A DNA stretch of 47,436 nucleotides, taken from contig NW_021834660.1 in the NCBI RefSeq assembly GCF_006345805.1, positions 1 to 47,436 of the forward strand. Reading direction: 5' to 3'. Numbering within the stretch: position 1 is the stretch's first letter; each line of letters starts with the position of its first letter. The notes beneath the pieces were generated by a model, which had not been told where the DNA came from, made no database searches, and saw only the letters and a list, made by a program, of their open reading frames with translations. The translations under genes were made by a program, and so were the position numbers. This DNA is from Octopus sinensis. Lineage: Eukaryota. Below are positions 34,673-45,729 of the stretch, piece by piece.

Positions 34673-35045
34673 GGAGATGTACTTGCATAGCAAGTGACCT
34701 GATCTGAGATCGTGTGCTGGAACGAAAACAATTGCAGCGTGGAAAGTGTTTATAAGCCATTTAAGAAACACACAAAAACCGTTAGATTCACTTCAACATT
34801 TAAATTTAATTTGTCAAAATATTTTTGTCACTTTGAGGCCACGACCTGTTCCCTGAGAAAAACTTGCATAGCAAGTGACCTGATCTGAGATCGTGTGCTG
34901 GAACGAAAACAATTGCAGCGTGGAAAGTGTTTATAAGCCAGTTAAGAAACACACAAAAAATGTTAGATTCATTTCAACATTTAAATTTAATTTGTCAAAA
35001 TATTTTTGTCACTTTGAGGCCGCGACCTGTTCACTGAGAAAACTT
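34673..35045 (-). repeat. 181-bp tandem duplication of a hammerhead-bearing unit (GUGAACA family)
   Basis: ACTTGCATAGC at 34681 and 34862; each unit ends (minus-strand 5' end) in a degenerate version of the motif at 45805-45856. Confidence 0.85.
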
Positions 35046-35159
35046 CGTGTTATATTAAATATATACGGTCCATAATATACTTTGGAACACAGGAGGTGAA
35101 GGTTCCGAGAGAGGTTAATTGTCAATAAATAAATAAATAACAACTTATCCATCATTTGC

Positions 35160-35175
35160 TTTTTATTTACACACA

Positions 35176-35223
<48 letters not shown>

Positions 35224-36118
35224 TATGTTGGGATACATATATAAGTATACTCACCTTAAAAATATGAACAGGTATAAATGTAATATCCATGTATTCACAC
35301 ATACAAACAAACACACAGTATACGTGTATATATCTATATATGTACAAACATACACACATACATGAAAATGCTTGTGCATGTATATATCTATATACACCAG
35401 GACACAAGTACATTATACATCACACCACAGTAAAGTACATCTCACCCTGAGAAGTAGTGAGATGTACTTTAGAGTTGGGCCACAAAAAATTCATGTATGT
35501 AATATTTAGAAAAAATATTATTCATATATTTTAATAGTATTTTCAATATTTTAAATTAATTCAACTTAATTCATTTTATATATTACATCAGCCATGCTCA
35601 ATATTTATATTTATTTGGCATTTTCAAATATATATACACCATATATGAATATTTCCACACATCATCATCATCATCATCATCATCGTTTGTGTGTGTGTAT
35701 GTATATTCTAGAACATGTCTGAGTAAATATATATGTAGGTGAGTGTATATATAGGGGTATATGCATGCACACATATATGCATACACACACACACACATGT
35801 ATTTATTCATGTGTGCATGTTCACATGCAGATGTACACTCACAAAAATGTACATACACACACTCACATACAAACACACATTCACATACACACATATATGT
35901 GTTGGTGTTTAGTCATTATGCGTATACATGTCAGTATTTTGAAGCTAAATGTGCTTATGTTATGTTGTTATATACTACATATTGATATGTGAGTCCATAT
36001 GCATATGTGTCTACATACATGCATGCATGTATGTATATACATATAAAATATATGTATGTGTATATATATATACACACATATAACATATATATATATATGT
36101 AAAATATGTATGTATGTA

Positions 36119-36158
<40 letters not shown>

Positions 36159-36175
36159 GTATGTATATCATCATC
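35160..36175. repeat. Mixed (CA)n/(TA)n/(TG)n low-complexity region
   Basis: Directly visible, interspersed with unique AT-rich stretches. Confidence 0.85.
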
Positions 36176-36460
36176 ATCAGTTAACGTCCATTTTCCATGC
36201 TGGCATGGGTTGGAGGGTTCGACAGGCGTCTGGGAAGCCAGGAGGCTGCACCAGGGCCCAATCTGTCCTGGCAGTGTTTCTATAGCTGGATGCCCTTCCT
36301 AGCACCAACCACTCCGTGAGTGTAGTGGGTGCTTTTTATGTGCCACTGACACAAGGAGCCAGAGGAGCTGGCATTGGCCACGATCAGATGGTGCATTTTA
36401 CGTGCCACTGGCATGGAAGCCAGTCAACATGGCCAATGCTTGCGCCGCCTTGACTGGCTT
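36165..36460 (-). mobile_element. RTE 3' UTR fragment
   Basis: Family match with (CAT)n start. Confidence 0.85.
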
Positions 36461-36594
36461 CCAAGTCGGTGGCATGTATATATATATATATAACATAATT
36501 AAAAAGGGTAATGACATAAGTTATTATTACCAGTGGCCTAGCACAAAAGACGAATTAGTCATTAGACTATACGTTATTCATATATAAATATAAG

Positions 36595-36950
36595 AAAGGC
36601 TCCCAAATAAGGAAGCTTAGTGCTAGAGACACAAAGAGGGATAAATTCATCAAAGGAATGAAAATCAAAAACATTTACCATTATAGATGTATCCCAGACT
36701 TAACATTTGTTAAGATTTACAAACCGTTAGAGCTACATGTGCTCTAATGCTCTGTGCATCTAGGATTTGGAAGGCTACCCACTGACGAACCTTGCCTGGG
36801 CAAATATATTCTGTATGTTTTGCTAGAAAGAGGTAGAAACTGATCAGTCTGGGATACATCTATAATGGTAAATGTTTTTGATTTTCATTCCTTTGATGAA
36901 TTTATCCCTTTTTGTGTCTCTAGCACTTGCTTCCTTATTTGGGAGCCTTT
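36595..36950. repeat. Inverted repeat, ~105-bp arms (36595-36700 / 36846-36950)
   Basis: AAAGGCTCCCAAATAAGG...ATCCCAGACT versus AGTCTGGGAT...CCTTATTTGGGAGCCTTT, with about 2 differences. Confidence 0.92.
36778..36853 (+). ncRNA. Type I hammerhead ribozyme candidate
   Basis: Stem I CCCA/UGGG; CUGACGA 36782-88; stem II ACCUU/GAGGU plus one extra A; GAAA 36836-39; palindromic stem III ACUGAUCAGU; GUC site after 36849. Confidence 0.7.
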
Positions 36951-36957
36951 ATTATAT

Positions 36958-36993
<36 letters not shown>

Positions 36994-37426
36994 ACAATCT
37001 ATAAACAAGGGCAAATGAAAAATTATTTCTATGACAATATGCTGATAACAGACTTTAAATCGTCAATTTCCATATTTCATTTTACATTCACTATAAATAC
37101 ACGTTGTGCTGAAATCAAGGAAAGCTAGCCAACAGAATTTTTTTTAAACAGTTCATTATTTCTATATTGAATCAATTTCGGGATTAATCTTATAGATTCT
37201 TCTCTCTTCAGTAAAAAATATGATAAGAAATAAATGAAATGCTTATATGCACATATGGAAAAAGCACAAGCAAAAGTCACGTGTACACATAAGTACCCTA
37301 TTTATATCTAAATGTAAAATCCTTTACCCAGCCTCAGCACACCGGTGAACTATTTTCAATCACAACTTATTTTTAATGACTAACGCTAATTGCTTTACAC
37401 TCTTATTAATATTGAAGAATATGTTA

Positions 37427-38225
37427 AAGCAGTGAGCTGGTAGAATCGTAGTACATCAGGCAAATTGCTTATCGGTATGTGGTGAGCTGGCAGAATCGTT
37501 AGCACGCCAGGCAAAATGCTTAGCAATATTTCGTCTGTTGCTACGTTCTCAGTTCAAATTCCACCAAGGTCGACTTTGCCTTTCATCCATTCGGGGTCGA
37601 TTAAATAAGTACCAGTTACGCACTGGGGTTTAATCCCTTTGTCTGTCCTTGTTTGTCCTTTCTGTGTTTAGCCCCTTGTGGGCAGTAAAGAAATAGGTAT
37701 TTCGTCTGCTGATACATTCTGAGTTGAAATTCCGCCGAGGTCGACTTTGCCTTTCATCTTTTCGGGGTCAATTAAATAAGTACCAGTTAAGCACTGGGGT
37801 CGATATAATCGACTGAATCCCTTTGTCTGTCCTTGTTTGTCCCCTCTATGTTCAGCTCCTTGTGGGTAGTAAAGAAATAGGTATTTCTTCTGCTGCAACG
37901 TTCTGAGTTCAAATTCCACCGAAGTCAACTTTGCCTTTCATCCTTTCGGGGTCGATTAAATAAGTACCAGTTAAGCACTGGCGTCGATATAATCGACCAA
38001 ATCCCTTTGTTTGTCCTTGTTTGTCCTCTCTGAGTTTAGGTGATAAAGAAATAGGTATGTTGTCTGTCTTCATGTTCTGAGTTCAAATTCAACCAAGGTG
38101 AACTTTTGCCTTTCGTGCCTTCGAGGATCAGTAAAATAAGCCCCAGTTGATCTCTGGGGGTTGATGTAATCGACTTCCCCCTCCCTTAAAATTGCTAGCC
38201 TTTGGCTTTATGCCGAAATCTGAAA
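37427..38225 (+). mobile_element. SINE family C head followed by a tandem array of four body units
   Basis: Junction GTGGGYAGTAAAGAAATAG|GTATTTC recurs at ~37690, ~37875 and (degenerate) ~38050. Confidence 0.85.
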
Positions 38226-38424
38226 CCAATATTGTTGAAAGCGCTATGGTAAAGTTTCCTTTGTTTTTATATAAGAAACCAGTTTTAGTAAGAGAAATTG
38301 ATTACACAGAAATTTCTTGCTCTTATAAAAGTTTTTCTCTTAACCATGGTGTTGCTGGTGGTGGTTGTGGTGATGGTGGGGATATGCAGTTTACTAGGAT
38401 TATGGTAGATACTTCTGATCATTC

Positions 38425-38705
38425 ATAAGAGTATTTTGAAAGGTGTTAGAAGAATTTCTGAACTCTATCTCCTTTATCATGTTCGCTATATCTTGTTCAA
38501 AGGCTTCCAGTGCTTTCATTTGCCACAGGCATTTAAGTACGAATTCTGTAATAGAGGTTTCTTTATGGAATCCCTATATGAAAAACTATATCTTCCAGAT
38601 GATTCATTCCATGAAACGCTTAGTTTTTCAAAGAATTCCTTTATATAAAATTCCTTAGTTGTACAGCAATATTCTTCATAGAATAAAGGACAGGATATTG
38701 TTTTC
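38425..38705 (-). mobile_element. Penelope-like element ORF N-terminal remnant
   Basis: YSMKNIAV... and ALEAFEQDIANMIKEIEFRNSSNTFQNTLMND resemble the PLE YSLKNIP and FE.DL..MIK.IEFR...N.FQ..L..D motifs; heavily decayed. Confidence 0.6.
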
Positions 38706-38881
38706 TGCCAGTTCACAGGCCTCGAGTTTGCAAATATAATTCATCACTTAAGGATCACAAAGTGGTGAGATGGCAGAATTATTATTGTTTTGGGCGAAAA
38801 GCATAACTGTATTTCTTCTGGCTCTTTATATTCTGATTTCAAATACTACCGAGGCCTGTTTTGCCTTTCATCCTTTTAGAA

Positions 38882-39090
38882 ATCATCATCATCATCGTTT
38901 AACGTCTGCTTTCCATGCTGGCATGGGTGGGACAATTTTGACTGAGGGCTGGCGAACCAGATGGCTGCACCAGGCTCCAATCTTGATTTGGCAGAGTTTC
39001 TACAGCTGGATGCCCTTCCTAATGCCAACCACTCCGAGAGTGTAGTGGGTGCTTTTACGTGCCACCGGCATGGGGTCCAGTATGGCAGTA
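38882..39090 (-). mobile_element. RTE 3' UTR fragment
   Basis: Family match. Confidence 0.85.
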
Positions 39091-39554
39091 CTGATAAAAT
39101 GATGAAATGAATACCAGTTGCGCACTGGGGTTAATGTAATCAATTTGCATATTCCCCTCAAACTTACTGCCTTCTATCAGAATTTGAGACCACCATTTAG
39201 GGCACATAAAACAGGTTTAATACGACACACAGGTATCAACACAAGTATATATACTCATGGACATTGGTGTATGCAAGAGCCAATGCAATTAATAGGCTTT
39301 TAATTAATTAGCATCTGATTAGTCTGTCAAATATAATGCTTATCTATCCACGTTGTCTTCAATTAATCATGCATTACCTCATAGTGTTGATGTGATGGTT
39401 TATTCAACAACATTGTAGTTAGGGATAAGAGGCCAGACATAGCCAGTTTGAACATATAACAGATAGAATATGCTCCAGCATGGCAGTAGTTAAATGACTG
39501 AAACAAGTAAAAGAACAAAAGAATAACATTAACTAAACCTTTACATGTATAGGT

Positions 39555-39895
39555 ATCATCATCATCGTTTTCTGCACTAGCACGGGTTGGATGGTTCGAC
39601 CGGGGTCTGGGAAGCCAGGGGCTGCACCAGGCTCCAGTCTGATCTGGCAGTGTTTCTACAGCTGGATGCCCTTCCTAACACCAACCACTCCGCGAGTGTA
39701 GTGGGTGCTTTTTACGTACCAGGGGAGTCTGGCAGTGGCCACGATCGGTTGGTTCTTTTAATGTGCCACCGGCACGGAAGCCAGTCAAGGTGGTGTTGGC
39801 ATCGGCCACGCTCGGATGGTGCTTTTTATGTGCCACCACACAGAAGCCAGTCGAGGCGGCGCTGGCATCGGCCACGTTCGGATGGTGCTTTTGCT
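39555..39895 (-). mobile_element. RTE 3' UTR fragment with internal ~60-bp repeats
   Basis: Family match; GGCATCGGCCACG.TCGGATGGTGCTTTT repeated. Confidence 0.85.
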
Positions 39896-40621
39896 ATATC
39901 TATGCTTTTGTATATACTTGTATATAGAAGTGCTTATACTTAAAGGAAATGCTGCAACATTGGTGTAAACATGATGGTTAAAGCTAACTAAGAAACTGAA
40001 ATAAGATTCTTGTGTAAAAATACATAGCATGGCCTTGTCCATAAGGACTCACACAATGTGTAAATGCAAGCAGTGCTCCTGCTTGGCCTTAGATATCAGA
40101 ATAAAAATAAGCTAAAAGAACTGGTTGTAGAAATGTATATGAGCTGTGCTCCAGCTGGCCTTGTATATTATAGCGAAAAGAAAGTAAGAACAAAGAGAAA
40201 AAAGGGAAAATAGCCTTAATAGGCAGTGCTCCAGCTGGCCATGTGTGTTTTGGTTAAAACAAGCTGTAAAACTAAAGGAGAACTGGGTGTAGAAAGGTAT
40301 TTACATATGTAGAAATGACAAGTATAAAAGTAGAGAAGATCTGAAAGATTTCGATATATAAAGTTTATTATGGGTTGTTTGAAGTAATTATGGTGGTCGT
40401 TGTGATGAGTATAATTAATGCAGAGAGTTTGTTTGCACCGAAAACATGTTTCCAGTACTTGCTCAAAGGTGATAAATTAAACATACATTCTTTGGTGCAT
40501 ATATATCATTAAATATATATATATAGGAATAGGATAAAGTTTTATGTTTTTTTAAATAAAATAAAGCAGTTAATTTGAAGACTAAAACATGTGCTTGAAT
40601 TAAGTAAAGAAGACCAATACC

Positions 40622-40622
<1 letters not shown>

Positions 40623-40659
<37 letters not shown>

Positions 40660-40673
40660 GAGAGAGAGAGAGA

Positions 40674-40706
<33 letters not shown>

Positions 40707-40715
40707 TGAGAGAGA
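40623..40715. repeat. (GA)n microsatellite
   Basis: Directly visible. Confidence 0.95.
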
Positions 40716-40799
40716 CATACACATTCACACCGACAGAAGGACAGACATATATTTGTTTCTCTAAAAATTTAACGTAAACAATTACATATATATATCATT

Positions 40800-40965
40800 G
40801 TCACCTGCCTTTTACAAGTCCTTTTCATGCTTGCATAGGTTGAACAGGACACATTTCTATTGCAGCATCTCTCAAACTGGCCTTCTCATCATCTCCTTCA
40901 AGAAGTTCAAATCCATTGAGATTGGTCTTCACCACTTCTTTCCAGATCTTCTTTTCCATTTGAAT
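40800..40965 (-). mobile_element. Old RTE-like 3' end
   Basis: Minus strand reads KIWKEVVKTNL (cf. RKTWDEVVKHDL) followed by CCTATGCAAGCATGAAAAGGA, like the RTE tail. Confidence 0.5.
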
Positions 40966-41185
40966 AGCAAATGGTTGCTACTTACAATATAAACAAAATA
41001 CTTATCCCATAGTTAGTGGCAGTGACACTTTTCAGGGCCTCTGGGTCTGCTGAGAGGAATGCATCATCAAATCAGAAATCCACCTTGAATGCTCACTAAA
41101 AATTTATTTCCAGTAAAACCACCCAAGGGCTAGGTGGAGGTGTCAAACCTTCTGATAGAACAAGACTTTAATTCCCTGGTGCAAA

Positions 41186-41400
41186 TTTCTTTCATTCCCT
41201 GTAACATAGCAGTTCAGCAAAAGAGACCGAAAGAGTAAGAACTAGGCTTAAAAGAATCATAAATATTAAAGTTGATACATTTGACTAAAATGCTAATTTC
41301 TTTAATTCCCTGTAACTTAGCAGTTCAGCAAAAGAGACTGAAAGAGTAAGAACTAGGCTTAAAAGAATCATAAATACGAGAGTTGATACATCGACTAAAA
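41186..41400 (+). repeat. 111-bp tandem duplication of a diverged SINE B body fragment
   Basis: TTTCTTT.ATTCCCTGTAAC at 41186 and 41297. Confidence 0.85.
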
Positions 41401-41864
41401 TTATTCAGGGTAGTGCTCCAGCATGGCTGGATTCGATTGACAAAAAAAAAAAAAAAGATAAGACAAGAAAAAGAAAATCAAAGATGACCTCGGTAAGATT
41501 TGAACTCACAACACAAAGCACCAGTTTAAATACTGCAAAACATTTCACAAAACATTCTAGCGTTCCTGCCAATTTTCCAAGCCAGTGCATCACATCTCAT
41601 TTACATAATGGTTCAAGGTTGATGACAGTCAAAGGAGACCCTGTAGAAATGTTAAGAGAGAGATAGGTTTTAGTTGGAAATAGCATGAGACAAACGTGTG
41701 GTAGTTAGACATGTCATAAAAGGGAGATATCGCATAAATGTCTGTGATATTTGTTGTGAACAGGTTATCAGAGCAATATTTAGAAGTGGTGTTTCCTTTT
41801 ATGATCAATGTCCGTGAATATCGAATGCTGAGAGATTTGTTCTATCTGCGTGTTGTGTAGGAGT

Positions 41865-42239
41865 ATGTATGTATGTATGTATGTATGTATGAAGGTTTGT
41901 ATGTATGAAGGTATGTATGTATGTATGTATGTATGTGTATGTATCTATGAAAGTATGTATGTGTATGTATGTGTGTGTGAGTATGTATGTATGTGTGTGT
42001 ATGTATTTATGTATGTATGTATGAAAGTATGTATGTGTATGTATGTGTGTTTGTATATATGTATGTATGTATGTATTTGTATGTATGTATGTATGAATGT
42101 AAGTATGTATGTAAGTATGTATGTAAGTATGTATGTATGTATGTATGTATGTATGTATGAATGTAAGTATGTATGTAAGTATGTATATATGTGTGTGTGT
42201 ATGTATATAAGTATGTATGTAAGTATGTATGTAAGTATG

Positions 42240-42273
<34 letters not shown>

Positions 42274-42660
42274 TGTATGTATGTATGTATGTACGTATGT
42301 ATGTATGTATGCATGTGCACATATGTATGTATGTAAGTATGTATGTATGTGTGTATGTATGTATCTATGTATGTATCTATGTAAGTATGTATCTATGTAA
42401 GTATGTATGTATGTATGTGTGTATATATGTATGTGTGGAGCGTATATATATATATATATGCATGTGTATGTATATGTATGCATCTATGTATCCATATATG
42501 AATCTATGTATATATGTTTATATGTATGTCTGTGTGCAAGTATGTATATGTGCACACAAACACTCATATGCATGTATGTATGTGTCTAGATGCATGTTTG
42601 TCTGTGTGTATGCATGCATGTACATAAGTATGTATATTTGTGTGTGTGTGTGTGTGTGTG
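41865..42660. repeat. Long degenerate (TATG)n/(TG)n microsatellite
   Basis: Directly visible; source of the 281-aa pseudo-ORF. Confidence 0.95.
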
Positions 42661-42820
42661 TATACTGTGCAATGGGTAAATTGTCACCATTTTAGATTTT
42701 TAGTTTCAGGCATGTGCATTGCTTATTTTTGATTTTGTTGACTACACAGTATGTAGGGTCAGTTGGGCAACATCTGTGAGAAAAATAGCACCATGATGTA
42801 ATTCGGTCTACCAGAAATTT

Positions 42821-43225
42821 GGATACCACTAGTGAACAGTGGTCCCATTGCGCACACTCGTGCATCCGCACTAGCAAGTCGTAAGTAGTTGATCCTACCA
42901 TGACTTGCGCGTATGTTTGTATTTCAAGGCTGAATCCATATCAAAGGAAATTAAATAATATTTTTCGAACAAAGTAAATAAAATGCAAAGTAAATAATAT
43001 TTTAAACTAAGTAAATAAATTATCTTTATAAACAAACTAAGGTTAGGGTTCGGGTTTGGGTTAGGTTTAGGTTTAGGGTTAAAAAATTAGGTTTAGAGTT
43101 AGAGTTAAAAATTAGGTTTACGGTTAGGGTTAATGTTAAAAAGTCGTTGTAGGATCAACCACTTACGACTAGCTAATGCAGATGTGCGAGAGCATGCACC
43201 GGGACCACTGTTCGCTAGTAATACC
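42821..43225. mobile_element. MITE with ~85-bp TIRs, 7-9-bp TSD and internal degenerate TTAGGG tract
   Basis: GGATACCACTAGTGAACAGTGGTCCC..GTCGTAAGTAGTTGATCCTAC inverted at 43140-43225; GAAATTT(GG) on both flanks (42814, 43226); GGTTAG-like array 43038-43131. Confidence 0.8.
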
Positions 43226-43334
43226 GAAATTTGGAAACAACATGCATTTGGACCAGAAGCTCTGGTACAAATATTTAGGTGTTTGGATGTCAATCTGAGG
43301 ACAGTGAAATTTGAGGACATGTACCAAGAGTGAT

Positions 43335-43951
43335 AGAAATCAAACATCCAGTCAGCATCATGGTGTTTGGAGTGATCCCTAGTGGTGGTGAGGTTATGCC
43401 TCCATTCTTCTTCCTACATAGCTTCACACTCAACATGGTGGCCTACATCAAGTGCCTGGAGGTTGTAGTGCTGCCCACCCTGGGTCAAGAAGGTGGCTGC
43501 TGGAAGATCCTATGTCTGGCAACAGGACTCTGCACCATGTCACACAAGCAGCAAAACCCAGTTATAGCTGTCAGACAATTTCTGCAACCACATCAGCCCT
43601 AACATCCAGCCACATAACATCCCAGACTACAACTCCCTTGATTATTATGTGTGGGGCACTAGTGAGCAAGTGACAAACAAAACTCCTTGTAACACCAAAG
43701 ACAAACCAAAGGGAAGGATTATGTCAGCATTCACCATCTTAAACAAGGAGACTGTTCAGAAGAGTTGCAGGAGATTCTAAAGTTATCTGGAGGCTGTGGT
43801 TGAAGCCAATGGAGATTTTATTGAATAAATTTCCTCTTTAGTATTTCAAGACAATTTGATGTGATTTTGGTTAATATATCCGTTAAGATGAGATGTCAGT
43901 GCTTGTTTCATCTTTGCATTATTTAGATGATAGTTTATTCACCTTGCCCTG
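43335..43951 (+). mobile_element. maT/mori-type (DD37D) Tc1/mariner transposase remnant with right end
   Basis: KHPVSIMVFGVI..WQQDSAPCH-(37 aa)-DYYVWG..SCRRF*SYLEAVVEANGDFIE*; D-to-D spacing counted as 37; ends CTG|TA at 43951. Confidence 0.88.
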
Positions 43952-44189
43952 TATATATATGGGTATGTGCATATGAATATACCTGTTATACATACACACA
44001 CACATCTATCTATCTATCTATATATATATATATGTAGGTTTAACAGACAGAATCACCCTCAAGCAACTCAATCATCATTGAGTGACATTGTTCACAATAT
44101 GTACATATAGGACTAAATATTAAAATTATCAAAATTAATACCTACAATTCTTATTCCAAATTATTAAAATAAATACATTCAATTCTTAT

Positions 44190-44294
44190 TAGACTATGCG
44201 TGTTTCATGGCAACATATTCCTCGATATTGCTGAAATAGAATGCCTCTATACAATACCATATTAAAACGATTATATTGCCAATCTTCAGGTCTA
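44190..44294 (-). ncRNA. Type I hammerhead candidate with a mismatched stem III
   Basis: Minus strand: stem I UAGAC/GUCUA; CUGAAGA; stem II UGGCAAUAU/AUGUUGCCA after a U-U pair; GAAA CACGCA UA (C-A mismatch at 15.2/16.2). Confidence 0.6.
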
Positions 44295-44742
44295 GCATAT
44301 ATGAACTTCTTTTGCTGTTTACATCCTATATAAAGACATAACAAACTAAAATCATATAACTAGAAGTCGTTGGAATAATTTTACTTTAGTAAATAATGAA
44401 CAGAAATGTGGAATAAAAGTAGGAAAAAGAAATGTTAGTAAAAATAAATGATAACTTATCTGTATGGTGATTTTCTCTCCATGAATTAAACATGGCTACC
44501 ACCAATAGTATAATCCAAGATTGAGAGCTACTTTTTGGGGGAGGTAATTCTTATTTTACATTTAAAAGTTCTTACAAGGTATTTTCTATTATTTATAATA
44601 ACAAATCAGAAGCCAGAAGTGAGTGTATAATGAGAATGGTCTTTTTTTTTCTTGGTTAATTTATGTTATTGCTATGTTAACTTTGATAAATAATAAATTT
44701 CTAGGTCAGTAAATAGGTAAACTAAAATTACTCAACATATAA

Positions 44743-45140
44743 TCTCTTATTATAAAAGGCAGATTTTATCTGCCTCCCTTTGGGAGTTATACAAATCTAC
44801 AATATAGGATTTCTTCAATTACAATTTACCTGGCATTTTTAAGAGTACACATGCATCGCGTCATGCCAGGTCCATTTTTTAAAATTTAAACTCCAATTAA
44901 GTAAAATTTACAGAAAACTCACATTCTGGTGTGTGTGTCAAATGCTTTTTTCTTTAGTCTGTTTACATCACACGCAACGCACACACACAGTGGGCAACGA
45001 AATAAAATGAAACTAATTCACTTACTGTGGTGAGTGATTCTTTCACTCTGCCTCCCACTTCCCTCTTTCCACACATAGACACGCAAATATATAAATAAAA
45101 TTGTAAGCTAATGTGCGTGTGTGTGTGTGTGTGTGTGACG

Positions 45141-45174
<34 letters not shown>

Positions 45175-45235
45175 GCGTGTGTGTGACAGGAAAGTTTTTT
45201 TAGACGAATATAACACCTATATCCTGTAGCAAAAG
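44743..45235 (+). mobile_element. Helitron-like non-autonomous element, 5' part
   Basis: Starts A|TCTCTTATTATAAAAGGCAGA, a typical Helitron 5' TC + AT-rich start; no 3' terminus identified. Confidence 0.45.
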
Positions 45236-45424
45236 ATAACAGTAAGGTGGTGATTTGAGGGAGATTTGGCTGCTATTTCTCTACCATGTCTAGCTGCCAT
45301 GTAGGGGTCTCCCTCATAGGCTCATACATACATATATACAATAGATAAGACAGTAAGGTGTGATTTGGGGGAAATTTTGCTGCTATTTCTACCAGGCAGG
45401 TCTAGCTACCATGTAGAGGTCCCC

Positions 45425-45700
45425 CTCAATTCTTTATTCTATTCTGCTTTTTCCAGCCATTGCTCTGTGGCCATGCTGGGGCAATGCCTTGAAGAATTGT
45501 AGTTAATATCAATCGAACTCACTCCAGTTTATTTTTGTAAGCATTGTATTATTCTATCTGTTTCCTTGGTCAAACCACTAGGTGACAGGGATGTAAACAA
45601 ACCAACTTCGTTGTCAAGCAGTGTGGAGGACAATCACAAGCACAGCACACGCATACACACACACATACATGCATACCATATACACACATACATACATACA
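45425..45700 (-). mobile_element. Diverged SINE family B 3' half
   Basis: GGCCATGCTGG..TATTCTATC..CGTTGTCAAGCAGTG motifs. Confidence 0.65.
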
Positions 45701-45729
45701 TACATATATATATGTGTGTATATATATTT

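Noticed and set aside
41805-42695. Long ORFs (281, 171, 158 aa) of YVCM/HTYI repeats
   Set aside because: Translations of the (TATG)n microsatellite; the same applies to ORFs at 7107, 8005, 16196-16931, 19383, 29251, 35156-36177.
43290-43315. CTGAGGA CAGT GAAA
   Set aside because: No stems; chance match. Similar stemless hits at 4243, 20817 and 33070 were also dismissed.
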